A DNA stretch of 64,000 bases from Cyanobacteria bacterium P01_D01_bin.156 (GTDB lineage Bacteria; Cyanobacteriota; Cyanobacteriia; Phormidesmidales; Phormidesmidaceae). Shown piece by piece: positions 12,689 to 22,545 of the stretch; positions within the stretch are counted from its first letter, which is position 1, and every line of letters starts with the position of its first letter. The translations under genes and the position numbers were made by a program. Where the stretch lies: assembly GCA_039024555.1 (NCBI GenBank), contig JBCCQQ010000019.1, forward strand, positions 1-64,000, read 5' to 3'. The notes below the pieces were generated by a model. The model searched no databases, was not told where the DNA came from, and saw only the letters and a program-made list of their open reading frames with translations.

Positions 12689-14404
12689 GTGAAAGAAGCC
12701 CATCATACATATCTCACCATGAGTTCATCTGTTGCTGCCCCAGCTGATATTCATAATGCTGCTATGGATCAGATTGTTAACTCACTCAGTGCAGTGGCAG
12801 TTCCTGTATACGCAAAAGGAGAGAACCATCGATGGTTGTTTGCTAATGCGGCTTGTTGCCAGTTACTGGATACGCCTCTAGAAGAATTGGTGGGGTCTCT
12901 AGACCATGAGATCGATACCATAGGAGACGCAGATCTCCTGCGTTCTCAGGATGAGAGCTTCTTAGAGTTCGGAACAACAACAGACCAAAGTCCAATCACC
13001 ATTGCGACTCGCGCAGAACAATACCATGTTCTCTGCTCGCGCACCCGGTTAGCTACCACCGACGGTGCAATCTTGATCAATACATTGCAAGTCGTGGGTG
13101 AACTTGAGCAAATACGCCAAACTAACCGCGAACTGAGACAACAGTTAGAAAAACGCAACGGTGAATTAGAAAAGCTAATCGAATTTGAAGCAACTCTAAA
13201 ACGAATTACCGACCGGGTACGAGACAGCCTGGATGAAAAGCAAATCCTACAGACTGCCGTTCAGGAAATTACCGAAGCCCTGAATGTGCGAGGTTCCAAT
13301 ACCTCCCTTTATGATTTGGAGCAAGGCACATCCACCATCTATTACGAGTTCACAACATTACCGTCCGATCGGGGTCGAGTGTCTCAAATGGAAGCGTTTC
13401 CTGAGGTGTACCACCAGCTGCTGGAAGGTCAATATCTGCAGTTTTGCTCTATTGCACCCAACCCTGTTCGGGGTTTGGTATCGATGCTAGCCTGCTCTAT
13501 TTTTGATGACCGTGGGGTTTTAGGAGATCTATGGTTAATCAACGATAAGGACCATGGTTTTACCGAATATGAAATTCGCTTGGTTCAACAGGTGGCCAAT
13601 CAATGTGCGATCGCAATTCGCCAGGCCCGTCTTTATCAAGAATCCCAATCCCAGGTGCGCGAACTAGAGCAGGTTAATACCCTAAAGGATGACTTTTTAA
13701 GTACCGTCTCCCATGAATTACGAACCCCCGTAACCAGTATGCGCGTGGCATTGCAGCTGCTGGGCGTTACCCTCAGCCAAGAGCTTGGCCTAGAGCAGGA
13801 ACTGACTCACCCCGATGTCCCCCAAGGCCGCATTGCCCGCTATTACCGCATTCTTAAGGAAGAATGTGAGCGCGAAATTAGCTTAATTAACGACTTGCTC
13901 GATCTACAACGGTTAGATGTAGGCAACCACGATCTAGCGGTACAAACCATTCAGATTAATGAGTGGTTGCCAGCTCTAGTCAACAGTTTTCAAGAACGCG
14001 CCACCAGCCGTCAGCAGAAACTAGACGTTGTAATAGAGAAAAACCCCTTAATGTTGCAATCAGATTTATCTAGTTTGGATCGCATTTGGGCTGAACTATT
14101 AAACAACGCCTGCAAATACACCCCACCCGGAGAAGACATCACCCTATCCGTCGCCTTGGTGCGGGATAAAAGTGTGAAATTTGACCTAGTCAACACTGGC
14201 GTTGAAATTCCGGCCGAGGAACTCCCGCGCATCTTTGATAAGTTTTACCGTGTCCCCAGTGCCGACCCATGGAAACAGGGCGGTACTGGGCTAGGGTTGG
14301 CTTTAGTTCAAAAGCTAGTACGCCACATTGGCGGCGCTATTCAAGTTACCAGCGGCGACAATCGTACATGTTTTACCATTGAACTACCGTTAGCATTAAA
14401 TTAA
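12689..14404 (+). CDS. PAS-GAF sensor histidine kinase
   Basis: N-terminal PAS-like region (FANAACC); GAF region ending QCAIAIRQARLY; H-box SHELRTP; ELLNNACKYT and GGTGLGL; start may be ATG 12719. Confidence 0.9.
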   Translation: MKEAHHTYLTMSSSVAAPADIHNAAMDQIVNSLSAVAVPVYAKGENHRWLFANAACCQLLDTPLEELVGSLDHEIDTIGDADLLRSQDESFLEFGTTTDQSPITIATRAEQYHVLCSRTRLATTDGAILINTLQVVGELEQIRQTNRELRQQLEKRNGELEKLIEFEATLKRITDRVRDSLDEKQILQTAVQEITEALNVRGSNTSLYDLEQGTSTIYYEFTTLPSDRGRVSQMEAFPEVYHQLLEGQYLQFCSIAPNPVRGLVSMLACSIFDDRGVLGDLWLINDKDHGFTEYEIRLVQQVANQCAIAIRQARLYQESQSQVRELEQVNTLKDDFLSTVSHELRTPVTSMRVALQLLGVTLSQELGLEQELTHPDVPQGRIARYYRILKEECEREISLINDLLDLQRLDVGNHDLAVQTIQINEWLPALVNSFQERATSRQQKLDVVIEKNPLMLQSDLSSLDRIWAELLNNACKYTPPGEDITLSVALVRDKSVKFDLVNTGVEIPAEELPRIFDKFYRVPSADPWKQGGTGLGLALVQKLVRHIGGAIQVTSGDNRTCFTIELPLALN

Positions 14405-14447
14405 CCTAGCGCTGGTATCAGCGAATGCGACTCTGGGAGGAATAACA

Positions 14448-15104
14448 GTGACAGCACAAGCACAGACCAGCTCAGCAGCCTATGATGGGCAGTTTGGCAC
14501 CTTTGTGATTACGCCAGAAGACCGACAAGAGGTCGTCATTTACCGCAGTGGTTTAGGCATTGCGGCCCTGAGCTTTGCCTTAGGGGTGATGCTATTCGTG
14601 TTAGCAGGGCACGCCTATAACATTCTGTGGGCTATTTCCGGTCTTTATGGATTGATGTGGATTGGACTAGGAGTAAGCCTTTGGTTTATTCATATCTATC
14701 TACGCCCCCTCCATCTTGCGCTGCAAGCCTTTTGGATAATCGGCGGTATTGCCAGCCTAATTTTGGCGATAGCCTTGCCCGGTCCCCTAGCACTAACGGT
14801 ATATCAGCACCCCCTCTCTATATTGGGAATAGGCTTTACCTTTGCCGCCCTAACCGGCATCTTCTTCAAAGAAGCCTTTTGTTTTAATCGCCTGGAAACA
14901 AAGCTTCTCACCCTATTGGTGCCTGCATTTTTATTGACTCACATGGCTGGAGCCTTGCCGTCAGATTTAGGGCTACAGCTACTGAGCATTTGGGCCGTTT
15001 TATTTGGAATATTTGCGGTCCGCAAACTGGTACAGCCCATCCCTCCAGATATTGGTGACAAAAGCGTCTTTGAATACCTTAAGCAACAACGGGCCGGCAT
15101 CTAA
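14448..15104 (+). CDS. DUF2301 integral membrane protein
   Basis: YDGQFG, IHIYLRPLH, KEAFCFNRLE, DIGDKSVF. Confidence 0.88.
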   Translation: MTAQAQTSSAAYDGQFGTFVITPEDRQEVVIYRSGLGIAALSFALGVMLFVLAGHAYNILWAISGLYGLMWIGLGVSLWFIHIYLRPLHLALQAFWIIGGIASLILAIALPGPLALTVYQHPLSILGIGFTFAALTGIFFKEAFCFNRLETKLLTLLVPAFLLTHMAGALPSDLGLQLLSIWAVLFGIFAVRKLVQPIPPDIGDKSVFEYLKQQRAGI

Positions 15105-15167
15105 AAACCAACGATGAATCACCATGCTTGGGCATCCTAGGTTCATCGAACCGCTGGAGAGCAAGGA

Positions 15168-16331
15168 TTGGAACGGGCATATTGGTTGGCTTGGTCAAAA
15201 ATTAAAGATGTGGGTCCCGTACTGATCAAGCGGCTGCACGAGCAATTTGGCACCCTAGCGACAGCATGGCAGGCGGATGCAGCAGATTTGCTAAATGTTG
15301 ATGGCATTGGGTTAGTAATCGCAGATCAGATTGTCAGATTGCGATCGCAGATTAACCCACACCAACTACTAGAGCAGCACGAAACCAAATATCCCCAATT
15401 TTGGACTCCCACCGACCCAGACTATCCCAAGTTACTTTGGGAAATTCCCGACCCACCGCCTGTACTTTACTATCGAGGTCCCTGGCGCCCTAACCGGACA
15501 AACCTAGCCACCATCGGTATTGTGGGCACCCGGCACCCCAGTCCATACGGTCGACGGTGGACCCAACGACTCACCGAGCGTCTTAATCAGCAACAGATAA
15601 CCGTTGTATCTGGGTTAGCCGCTGGCATTGATGCCTACGCTCACCAAAGTTGTCTAGATAGCGGCGGCAAGACGATTGCCGTACTCGGCACCGGGGTAGA
15701 CATCGTTTACCCCCGGAGTAATACCGCGCTGTATCGCCGCATCTTAGAGAACGGACTTATCGTCAGTGAATACCCTGACGGCACACCGCCTGATCGCAGT
15801 CATTTCCCGCGCCGAAATCGGATTATTGCCGGTCTTAGCCATGCCATCTTAGTTACCGAAGCACCAGAGCGTTCCGGCGCTTTAATAACAGCATATTTAG
15901 CCAACGATTACGGGCGTCAAGTATACGCCTTACCAGATGGTTTAGACAATCCCACCGCACGGGGGTGCCTAAACTTGATTATGAATGGTGCAACCATGGT
16001 GCTAGAAGCACAGCAGCTGATTGATGACTTAATCAACGTGGTTCCCCCAGCAGATGCTGCTGGCAAAACCACTGATAAAGATACAAACCAGCATTCTCAC
16101 GCAGGTATCAATGACAATCCTCTTCTAGAATCATCTGCAATAGTAGAACCGTCCGCATTAGAGGAAACGTCGCAACAGATTTTTCAGATGGTCTCCCACA
16201 AACCGATCGGCTTAGACAAATTACAACAAACCACCCAGTTAGACACTAGTGTCCTGCTGAGTGGCCTATTGCAATTAGAATTGGCGGGAATGATTATCCA
16301 ACTGCCTGGTGGCACATATCAACGACAGTAA
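15168..16331 (+). CDS. dprA: DNA-processing protein DprA
   Basis: IPDPPPVLYYRG, IVGTR, VSGLAAGIDAYAH, FPRRNRIIAGLS, C-terminal winged helix LLQLELAG. Confidence 0.95.
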   Translation: MERAYWLAWSKIKDVGPVLIKRLHEQFGTLATAWQADAADLLNVDGIGLVIADQIVRLRSQINPHQLLEQHETKYPQFWTPTDPDYPKLLWEIPDPPPVLYYRGPWRPNRTNLATIGIVGTRHPSPYGRRWTQRLTERLNQQQITVVSGLAAGIDAYAHQSCLDSGGKTIAVLGTGVDIVYPRSNTALYRRILENGLIVSEYPDGTPPDRSHFPRRNRIIAGLSHAILVTEAPERSGALITAYLANDYGRQVYALPDGLDNPTARGCLNLIMNGATMVLEAQQLIDDLINVVPPADAAGKTTDKDTNQHSHAGINDNPLLESSAIVEPSALEETSQQIFQMVSHKPIGLDKLQQTTQLDTSVLLSGLLQLELAGMIIQLPGGTYQRQ

Positions 16332-16366
16332 AACAACTTATTCACAGCTACTGAAACAGTGAAACC

Positions 16367-16981
16367 CTACAAGGGAGCTACTTCGTAACCAGTGTAGGTA
16401 ATTTCGTAGGACTCGGCAGGAAAATCTGACGGAGTTTCTAAGAGATCAAAATTATCCACAAAGAATTCTACTTTCAAATCTCCTAATTCAATCATGTCGC
16501 CATCACGCAAAGGTTGACGAGTTTGCGGACGCAAACGGCGACGGTTTAAATGGGTCCCTGCCTGACTACCCACATCAGCGATAAAAAAGCCAGCATCAGG
16601 AGTGTAACGAATGACCGCATGACATGGGTCAACCGTAGCATTCTCCAACGGTAAAGCGCAGGTCATCGACTTGCCCAATAACCAACATGCCCCTGATTGA
16701 GTAAGATTCAAAGTATCGGAACAGCCTGCATTAGACACTAAAAATATAGAAGAATTGGCAATGATAGCTTGAACATAAAAAGGAGTAACCTGACAGCGAC
16801 TTTGAACCGTCAATAAAGAATCGATGACCGTATTCGCGGTATCAAAATCATTTTTCATGTTTTTAAAGAAAGCGTCCCAAGGAAGTGACAGCGCATCTAT
16901 CACATCTGCATCAATAGACAAAGTATTGAGCTCTTGGTCACTAGACTGGAAAGCTTTGGACGTTGACATGGACAATGACAA
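16367..16981 (-). CDS. FHA domain-containing protein
   Basis: WLLGKS..C, HAVI, DVGSQAGTHLN, LRDGDMIELG. Confidence 0.8.
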   Translation of the reverse strand: MSLSMSTSKAFQSSDQELNTLSIDADVIDALSLPWDAFFKNMKNDFDTANTVIDSLLTVQSRCQVTPFYVQAIIANSSIFLVSNAGCSDTLNLTQSGACWLLGKSMTCALPLENATVDPCHAVIRYTPDAGFFIADVGSQAGTHLNRRRLRPQTRQPLRDGDMIELGDLKVEFFVDNFDLLETPSDFPAESYEITYTGYEVAPL

Positions 16982-17578
16982 AACAACTTAACAGCAAAAG
17001 GCATTAAGTGCGGTCGATTGCCACCCTAATTCAGTAGATCACCAATAGTTGCCCATTAGCCTGGGAGTAATACGCTAAGTAGAACAGTAAAACTTAGAGA
17101 TTTTAATAATGAAAACCCTGTTCACCCCTCATAGGCTCCCTGTTATCTGAGCTCAAGAATCACAATGATTGAGAAATTAGTTGGATAACTAGGCAAGTTA
17201 TAAATGACAGTTGATACGATACAAACCCCTAACAAACCCATAGGTTTATGAATGGGTATCAGCAACCTAGATAAGATATGAGCTAATGGACGGTAGTGCA
17301 GCATTATTATGCTTTGTCTTATTAAAGCTTGCTTATTTAGAATCAGTGATACCCCCCGTAGCGTTTCATAGAAGCTTTAAACGCTGCGAATAAATATAAA
17401 AATCACCCAAGTTTAAGAACTGTTTTCCTAAATCCGTAAAGCAAGACTTCATGGGGGTTTCAGCGTCTTACACCATGAACAGTCCAGCATAGAACAGACA
17501 ATCATTATCGTCATAAGGTAGCTATAGGAGGCCTTAGTTTTAAGACATGATTAAGCGACTGGTTGGAGAATCTATCCT

Positions 17579-18976
17579 GTGACGAACACTATTATCCGGG
17601 CTCAGCCTCCCTTAGAATTCATTCCTGAACGCTTTAGTCCATGGGTGCGAAAATTGATGCAGAGACTCATGCCGGGGTGGCTGCGTTGGCAGACAGATTT
17701 AGTCGCTATTAACGTCAAAAATGCAGATACTCTGGCTCAACTATATGCAGAATTCCAGACGGGTAATAATCGATTTATCATGGCATTTCGCCACCCGGCC
17801 CCGGAAGATGCCTACGGTTTAGCCCATTTGCTCTGGCAAGCTGTCCCCCAAGCTAGTAAACGATTGGGGCTATCGCTACGGCTGGTGCATAGTCATTTTA
17901 TTTACGATCGGGGGATTCCGCTGTGGGCAGGAAACTGGGTCAGTTGGCTATGCTCTCGGCTGGGGGGAGTCTCTATCCAGCGCGGGAAACTAGATTTAGT
18001 GGCGTTGAAAGCAGCAAGACAGCTGTTGGTAAATGGCCAATTTCCATTAGCCGCAGCACCAGAAGGCGGCAACAATGGTCACAATGAAATTGTAAGTCCT
18101 TTGGAGCCAGGGGTCCCTCAGCTAGCATTTTGGTGTGTGGAAGATCTGATCAAGGCGAACCGTTCAGAACCTGTCTATATAGTGCCGCTGGGAATTCAGT
18201 ATCACTACCCTGTGCCACCGTGGGATGCGATCGCAGAGCTTCTCAGCGACTTAGAAAGCCGCAGTGGGTTATCAGATGATGGCGAAACCTCACCAATCCC
18301 TGAATTACCGACTGCAGAAATAGCCAACCTCTATGGCCGGCTCTATCGCTTAGCGAAACATTTACTCACCCTAATGGAAGAGTACTACCATCGCATCTAT
18401 GGATTAGAACAGCTAAAGGACTCTGACAACGCAGACACCAATACACAATTGGCCACACGTTTACACCATTTGCTCAATGGTGCATTAACGGCAGCGGAAA
18501 CATACTTTAACTTACGACCAAAAGGCTCTGTTATCGATCGCTGTCGTCGCTTAGAGCAGGCTGGGTGGGAGAGAATTTTCCAAGAAGATCTTCGAGATCA
18601 AACAACATTATCCTCTGTGGAGCGTGGATTGGCAGATCGTATCGCCGAAGAAGCCGACTTACGGATGTGGCACATGCGTTTAGTAGAAAGCTTTGTAGCC
18701 GTGACAGGACGCTACGTATTAGAAAAACCTACCGCCGATCGCTTTGCAGAAACAGTCTTATTATTGGCTGATATGGTCACTCGCATTGAGGGAGAAAATC
18801 CGTTGCCTCGTCCATCCTTGGGTAAACGCGAAGTACTGATAACCGTAGGAGAACCAATTAATGTGAGTCAGCGATGGGGAGACTATAAAAGTAGCCGCAG
18901 AAAGGCGGTAGCCGCATTAACTAAAGACCTACAGGAAACTTTGGGAGACTTAATTGTAGATAGTGAAGAGTTTTAA
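17579..18976 (+). CDS. Glycerol-phosphate/phospholipid acyltransferase (PlsC-like) family protein
   Basis: FRHPAPED (HX4D motif), SIQRG, AAPEGG, ITVGEPI. Confidence 0.82.
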   Translation: MTNTIIRAQPPLEFIPERFSPWVRKLMQRLMPGWLRWQTDLVAINVKNADTLAQLYAEFQTGNNRFIMAFRHPAPEDAYGLAHLLWQAVPQASKRLGLSLRLVHSHFIYDRGIPLWAGNWVSWLCSRLGGVSIQRGKLDLVALKAARQLLVNGQFPLAAAPEGGNNGHNEIVSPLEPGVPQLAFWCVEDLIKANRSEPVYIVPLGIQYHYPVPPWDAIAELLSDLESRSGLSDDGETSPIPELPTAEIANLYGRLYRLAKHLLTLMEEYYHRIYGLEQLKDSDNADTNTQLATRLHHLLNGALTAAETYFNLRPKGSVIDRCRRLEQAGWERIFQEDLRDQTTLSSVERGLADRIAEEADLRMWHMRLVESFVAVTGRYVLEKPTADRFAETVLLLADMVTRIEGENPLPRPSLGKREVLITVGEPINVSQRWGDYKSSRRKAVAALTKDLQETLGDLIVDSEEF

Positions 18977-19229
18977 CTGTGTTATACCGCTCAAGAAACC
19001 AAGCTACGGCCCGAGAAGTTTCTTGACTTCTTTATACGAATATCCAGCACTGATGGATGCTATTGATTAATATGTAGGGCACATCGATCCTCAGTCAGCC
19101 CTCACAAAAAAGTTGCAACATCTGAGGCAAGGAGCTCGGTGGGTGCCCCAGGAACCCAAGGTGGCTTTCACATGAAGGCCGGTGGAGGATGCGATCGCAA
19201 GCTAATGGGTCTGATGAAGACAGAAGGAC

Positions 19230-21404
19230 TCAGATGAGTTTATGGGCCGTAATTAAAGCAATCTGTTTTTCCCAGAAGAGAGAGGCATTCGATTCCGTCA
19301 AGTAAGCTTTTCGAATGGTCATTAGCTCTTGCTTAGAGAAAGTTTTCGCGAGATGGGTCATATAGCGAGAATCTTCACTAAACCATCGTTTTTTCAGCTG
19401 ACCTGTGATACCCAGCTCACTGGGGACACTGATTATTTCAACAGTAAAATTGAGGCCAGTCTCCTCAAACCAATCCGAGATGGCTGACACATCCCAATAC
19501 TGCTCTGGATCGCTTGTATAGAGACTCTCTTCAACCTGTCGTAGCTTTTTAAATAGTCTCACAGGTAACGCCTGGGGTGACAGCAGGCTATACAGCCGCA
19601 GTGTCTGAAATGGGATTGTCTCCGCTAGGACAATACGCCCCTCTGGCTGCAGATAGTTCGCTAGTTTCTGAAACAATGAGGCTCGATCAGAACAGATTTT
19701 TAGAGCATTGCGACCAACAATACCGTCAAAAATAAGGTCTTCCCCTTGGGCATCTAAACCTTCAAACAACCTTTGCAGCGGTGTGCAGAAAAAAACAGGT
19801 CGTGCCACCTCTGACAGCGTTTGAGCCTGTTCATTCAACGCCTCGTAAGTCTCAGGGCGATAGGCACAGCTATAAACACCGCCCTCGGGAACCTGGCGTA
19901 GGGCTTCCCAGGTAAGCAGTCCGGCATTGAGATCTAGTAGAACATGATGACGCTGGGGTTTAAGGGTGGCGTACACACGATCGCACACCTGCCTTAGCTG
20001 TCCCCCCGCATTGCCCAGGGTTCTTTGTAGCCACTGCTCTTGCACTTTATCCGTGGGGCCAAAGGTAAGCACTTCCGGTAAATCAGCTTCCATCACGGCA
20101 GCCAGCTGAGCCTCCCGCTTACGTGTGACCTCTAACCGAATAGTATCCTCATAGCCTTGGTTTGAGGGTTGGTAAAACACTTTTCCCTGGAGACCGGTGG
20201 GTAAATATTGTTGTTCCACCCAATGGTCTCGGTAGGCATGGGGGTAAAGATATCCCTGACCGTGACCAAATTCTTTTTTATCGCGGGTAGCATCCCGTAA
20301 CGGATTGGGCACATCGGCTTCGCATTCTTTTTCAACCGTACTGAGGGCATCAAAAAAGCCCATAACGCTGTTGGATTTGGGACAGGTGGCTAGGTACAAT
20401 GCTGCTTGGGCCAAAGGGTAGCGGCCTTCGGGCAGACCCACCCGGTCAAATGCCTGAGCACAGCTATTGGCGACAACAATCGCGTTGGGGTCCGCCAGAC
20501 CAATATCTTCTCCGGCAAAAATCACCATACGCCGAAAGATATAGCGGGGGTCTTCTCCGGCATAAACCATACGAGCCAACCAGTAGAGGGTAGCGTCAGG
20601 GTCCGAACCGCGCATGCTTTTAATAAAGGCACTGATGGTATCAAAGTGGGCATCCCCCTCTTTATCGTAAAGAACAGCCCGCTGCTGAATGGATTCTTCA
20701 GCTACCGAAAGGGTAATGTGTGCGTCAGGTGTGGTTTCTAATGCTAGCTCTAGAGCATTGAGCAGGGCACGGGCGTCACCATTAGCGACATTCACTAAAT
20801 GGTCTAAAGCATTATCATCGATATGAACGATGCGATCTCCATACCCCCTTTCCTGGTCAGCCAATGTCTGCTGTACAATCTGGCGCAGATCGTCTGCCCC
20901 TAGGGGCTTGAGCTGAAACACGCGTGACCGGCTTACTAGGGCCTTATTCACTTCAAAATAGGGATTCTCGGTGGTGGCGCCAATTAAAATCACCGTGCCG
21001 TTTTCCACCCAAGGGAGGAGGGCATCCTGTTGAGACTTATTAAAGCGATGAACTTCATCCACAAACAGGATGGTGCGCTGGCTATGCTGCCCACGGAGGT
21101 CTTGGGCCGTTGCGATCGCACTTCGAATATCTTTTATCCCCGCCAGCACCGCATTGATGGCAATAAAGTGAGCCTGGGTTGTATTGGCAATCACCTGGGC
21201 CAGTGTGGTCTTTCCGGTTCCAGGGGGACCATAAAACAACAGCGACGATAGCTGATCCGCCTTAATGGCTCGACGCAATAATCGTCCCGGCCCCACAATG
21301 GCATCCTGCCCCACATATTCATCCAGACTGCGGGGACGCATACGGGCAGCTAGAGGGGCTTCTCTATCAATTAAGTTTTGTCGATGCTGTTCGAATAAGT
21401 CCAT
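19230..21404 (-). CDS. rarA: Replication-associated recombination AAA+ ATPase RarA/MgsA with C-terminal extension
   Basis: PLAARMRP, GPPGTGKTT, DEVHRFNKSQQDALL, ISAFIKSMRGSDPDA, YLYPHAY; start placed at MDLF. Confidence 0.9.
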   Translation of the reverse strand: MDLFEQHRQNLIDREAPLAARMRPRSLDEYVGQDAIVGPGRLLRRAIKADQLSSLLFYGPPGTGKTTLAQVIANTTQAHFIAINAVLAGIKDIRSAIATAQDLRGQHSQRTILFVDEVHRFNKSQQDALLPWVENGTVILIGATTENPYFEVNKALVSRSRVFQLKPLGADDLRQIVQQTLADQERGYGDRIVHIDDNALDHLVNVANGDARALLNALELALETTPDAHITLSVAEESIQQRAVLYDKEGDAHFDTISAFIKSMRGSDPDATLYWLARMVYAGEDPRYIFRRMVIFAGEDIGLADPNAIVVANSCAQAFDRVGLPEGRYPLAQAALYLATCPKSNSVMGFFDALSTVEKECEADVPNPLRDATRDKKEFGHGQGYLYPHAYRDHWVEQQYLPTGLQGKVFYQPSNQGYEDTIRLEVTRKREAQLAAVMEADLPEVLTFGPTDKVQEQWLQRTLGNAGGQLRQVCDRVYATLKPQRHHVLLDLNAGLLTWEALRQVPEGGVYSCAYRPETYEALNEQAQTLSEVARPVFFCTPLQRLFEGLDAQGEDLIFDGIVGRNALKICSDRASLFQKLANYLQPEGRIVLAETIPFQTLRLYSLLSPQALPVRLFKKLRQVEESLYTSDPEQYWDVSAISDWFEETGLNFTVEIISVPSELGITGQLKKRWFSEDSRYMTHLAKTFSKQELMTIRKAYLTESNASLFWEKQIALITAHKLI

Positions 21405-21520
21405 CTTTGCCGTTGCCGATCTAGAGGATGAACTGATCAACGGGACAAACTGAATAAGAGCATCTTTGAGATGAAATCACTTCGAGGATCAGCACACCCT
21501 AATATTCCTCTTTAAAAAGC

Positions 21521-21552
21521 AATAGCGCCCCCAATAGGGAGGCGCTATTTTT
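21521..21552. terminator. Hairpin downstream of psaL, probable terminator
   Basis: AATAGCGCC..GGCGCTATT stem. Confidence 0.6.
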
Positions 21553-21592
21553 AGATTAACGGGCTTAAAACTTAAACCGTCAAAACAAGCCT

Positions 21593-22075
21593 CTACGCAC
21601 CACCAAAGATAGCCTGAAGAGGTAGTAAGTGGGGGCTCTGAGTTAGCAAGAAAGCAAAGATAGCACCGCCGCAGCCGCCGATAAAGAAGCCACTAGCAAA
21701 GTTGCTCCAGCCCTCGCGAGTACCGTAAGCCTCAGGAGGATTGGGCGTAGTTAGTGTAGGTGCAGGACCATTGGGGCTAGTTGCACTGTAAATAGAAATA
21801 GCTACAGTCAAAATAAAGACAAAGCTAACGGCTGAAAGAGCACCTGCAACAGAACCATACTCTGTGTTACGCAAGGGGCCTAGCAGCGCGAAAGGACCAT
21901 AGAACCAATAACCATGGGCAATACCTACTTCTAATCCACGGCTAAATGGAGATAAACCTGCACGATAAGCAGGCAAATTATTCAGGTAAGTACGTGCAAC
22001 CGCAGAGGAATTAATCGGAGTCGCAACGTTACCCACTTCGGGAGCTCCAGTTGCGCTTGCAAAACTAGTTGCCAT
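21593..22075 (-). CDS. psaL: Photosystem I reaction center subunit XI (PsaL)
   Basis: GNVATPINSS, NLPAYRAGLSP..RGLEVGIAHGY, LGPLRN, GWSNFASGFFIGGCGGA. Confidence 0.95.
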   Translation of the reverse strand: MATSFASATGAPEVGNVATPINSSAVARTYLNNLPAYRAGLSPFSRGLEVGIAHGYWFYGPFALLGPLRNTEYGSVAGALSAVSFVFILTVAISIYSATSPNGPAPTLTTPNPPEAYGTREGWSNFASGFFIGGCGGAIFAFLLTQSPHLLPLQAIFGGA

Positions 22076-22545
22076 AAGAACGTCTTCCTATGAAATGGAC
22101 AGTCTAAGACGGGAGATTCGAACTTGCCGCTGCTGATTTAGGTTCAGCAACGCCCATATTTATTAACGCAAGTCACACTGCTGATATCCCAAAGTGCCTC
22201 TAACCCCTGGTGCTAGAAGACTAGAACCAACGCAGAGCCTGCTTAATACATCAGCACAATAACTGCATACGAAGCCAATATTCTCATAGAAGCTCACCGA
22301 AAGTGGTGAATGCAACAGTTTTGTTAAGTACTGAGGGGCATAACGTTAGATTACTTAATAGTCTGGAGCCGGAGTCACAACATCCGATCTAGAAAGCTCA
22401 ATCAGCCCCCATTCGTCTAACTTCGGTGAACTTCGACAGCCTACGGAATCCTAGTTATTGCCTAGACATGCTTCGTAATAGTCATGGGCATTGATAACCA
22501 GGCTAGCGACAATCGGGGAGTGGTCCGTTGCCCTATGAATTTGGT

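Noticed and set aside
12689..14404. Cyanobacteriochrome photoreceptor interpretation of the GAF kinase
   Set aside because: No bilin-binding CH or DxCF motif is visible in the GAF region.
19060..19229. Possible hammerhead ribozyme (CTGATGA) or REP remnant between the acyltransferase and rarA
   Set aside because: No stem II or GAAA partner could be paired, and the GTAGGGCAC start lacks a complementary arm.
22104..22148. tRNA-like fragment on the minus strand in the psaL leader: 5-bp stem with 7-nt loop containing CUA, then GTTCGAATC
   Set aside because: The T-stem has two mismatches, there is no U33, and no acceptor stem or D-arm can be formed; not an amber-suppressor or Pyl tRNA.
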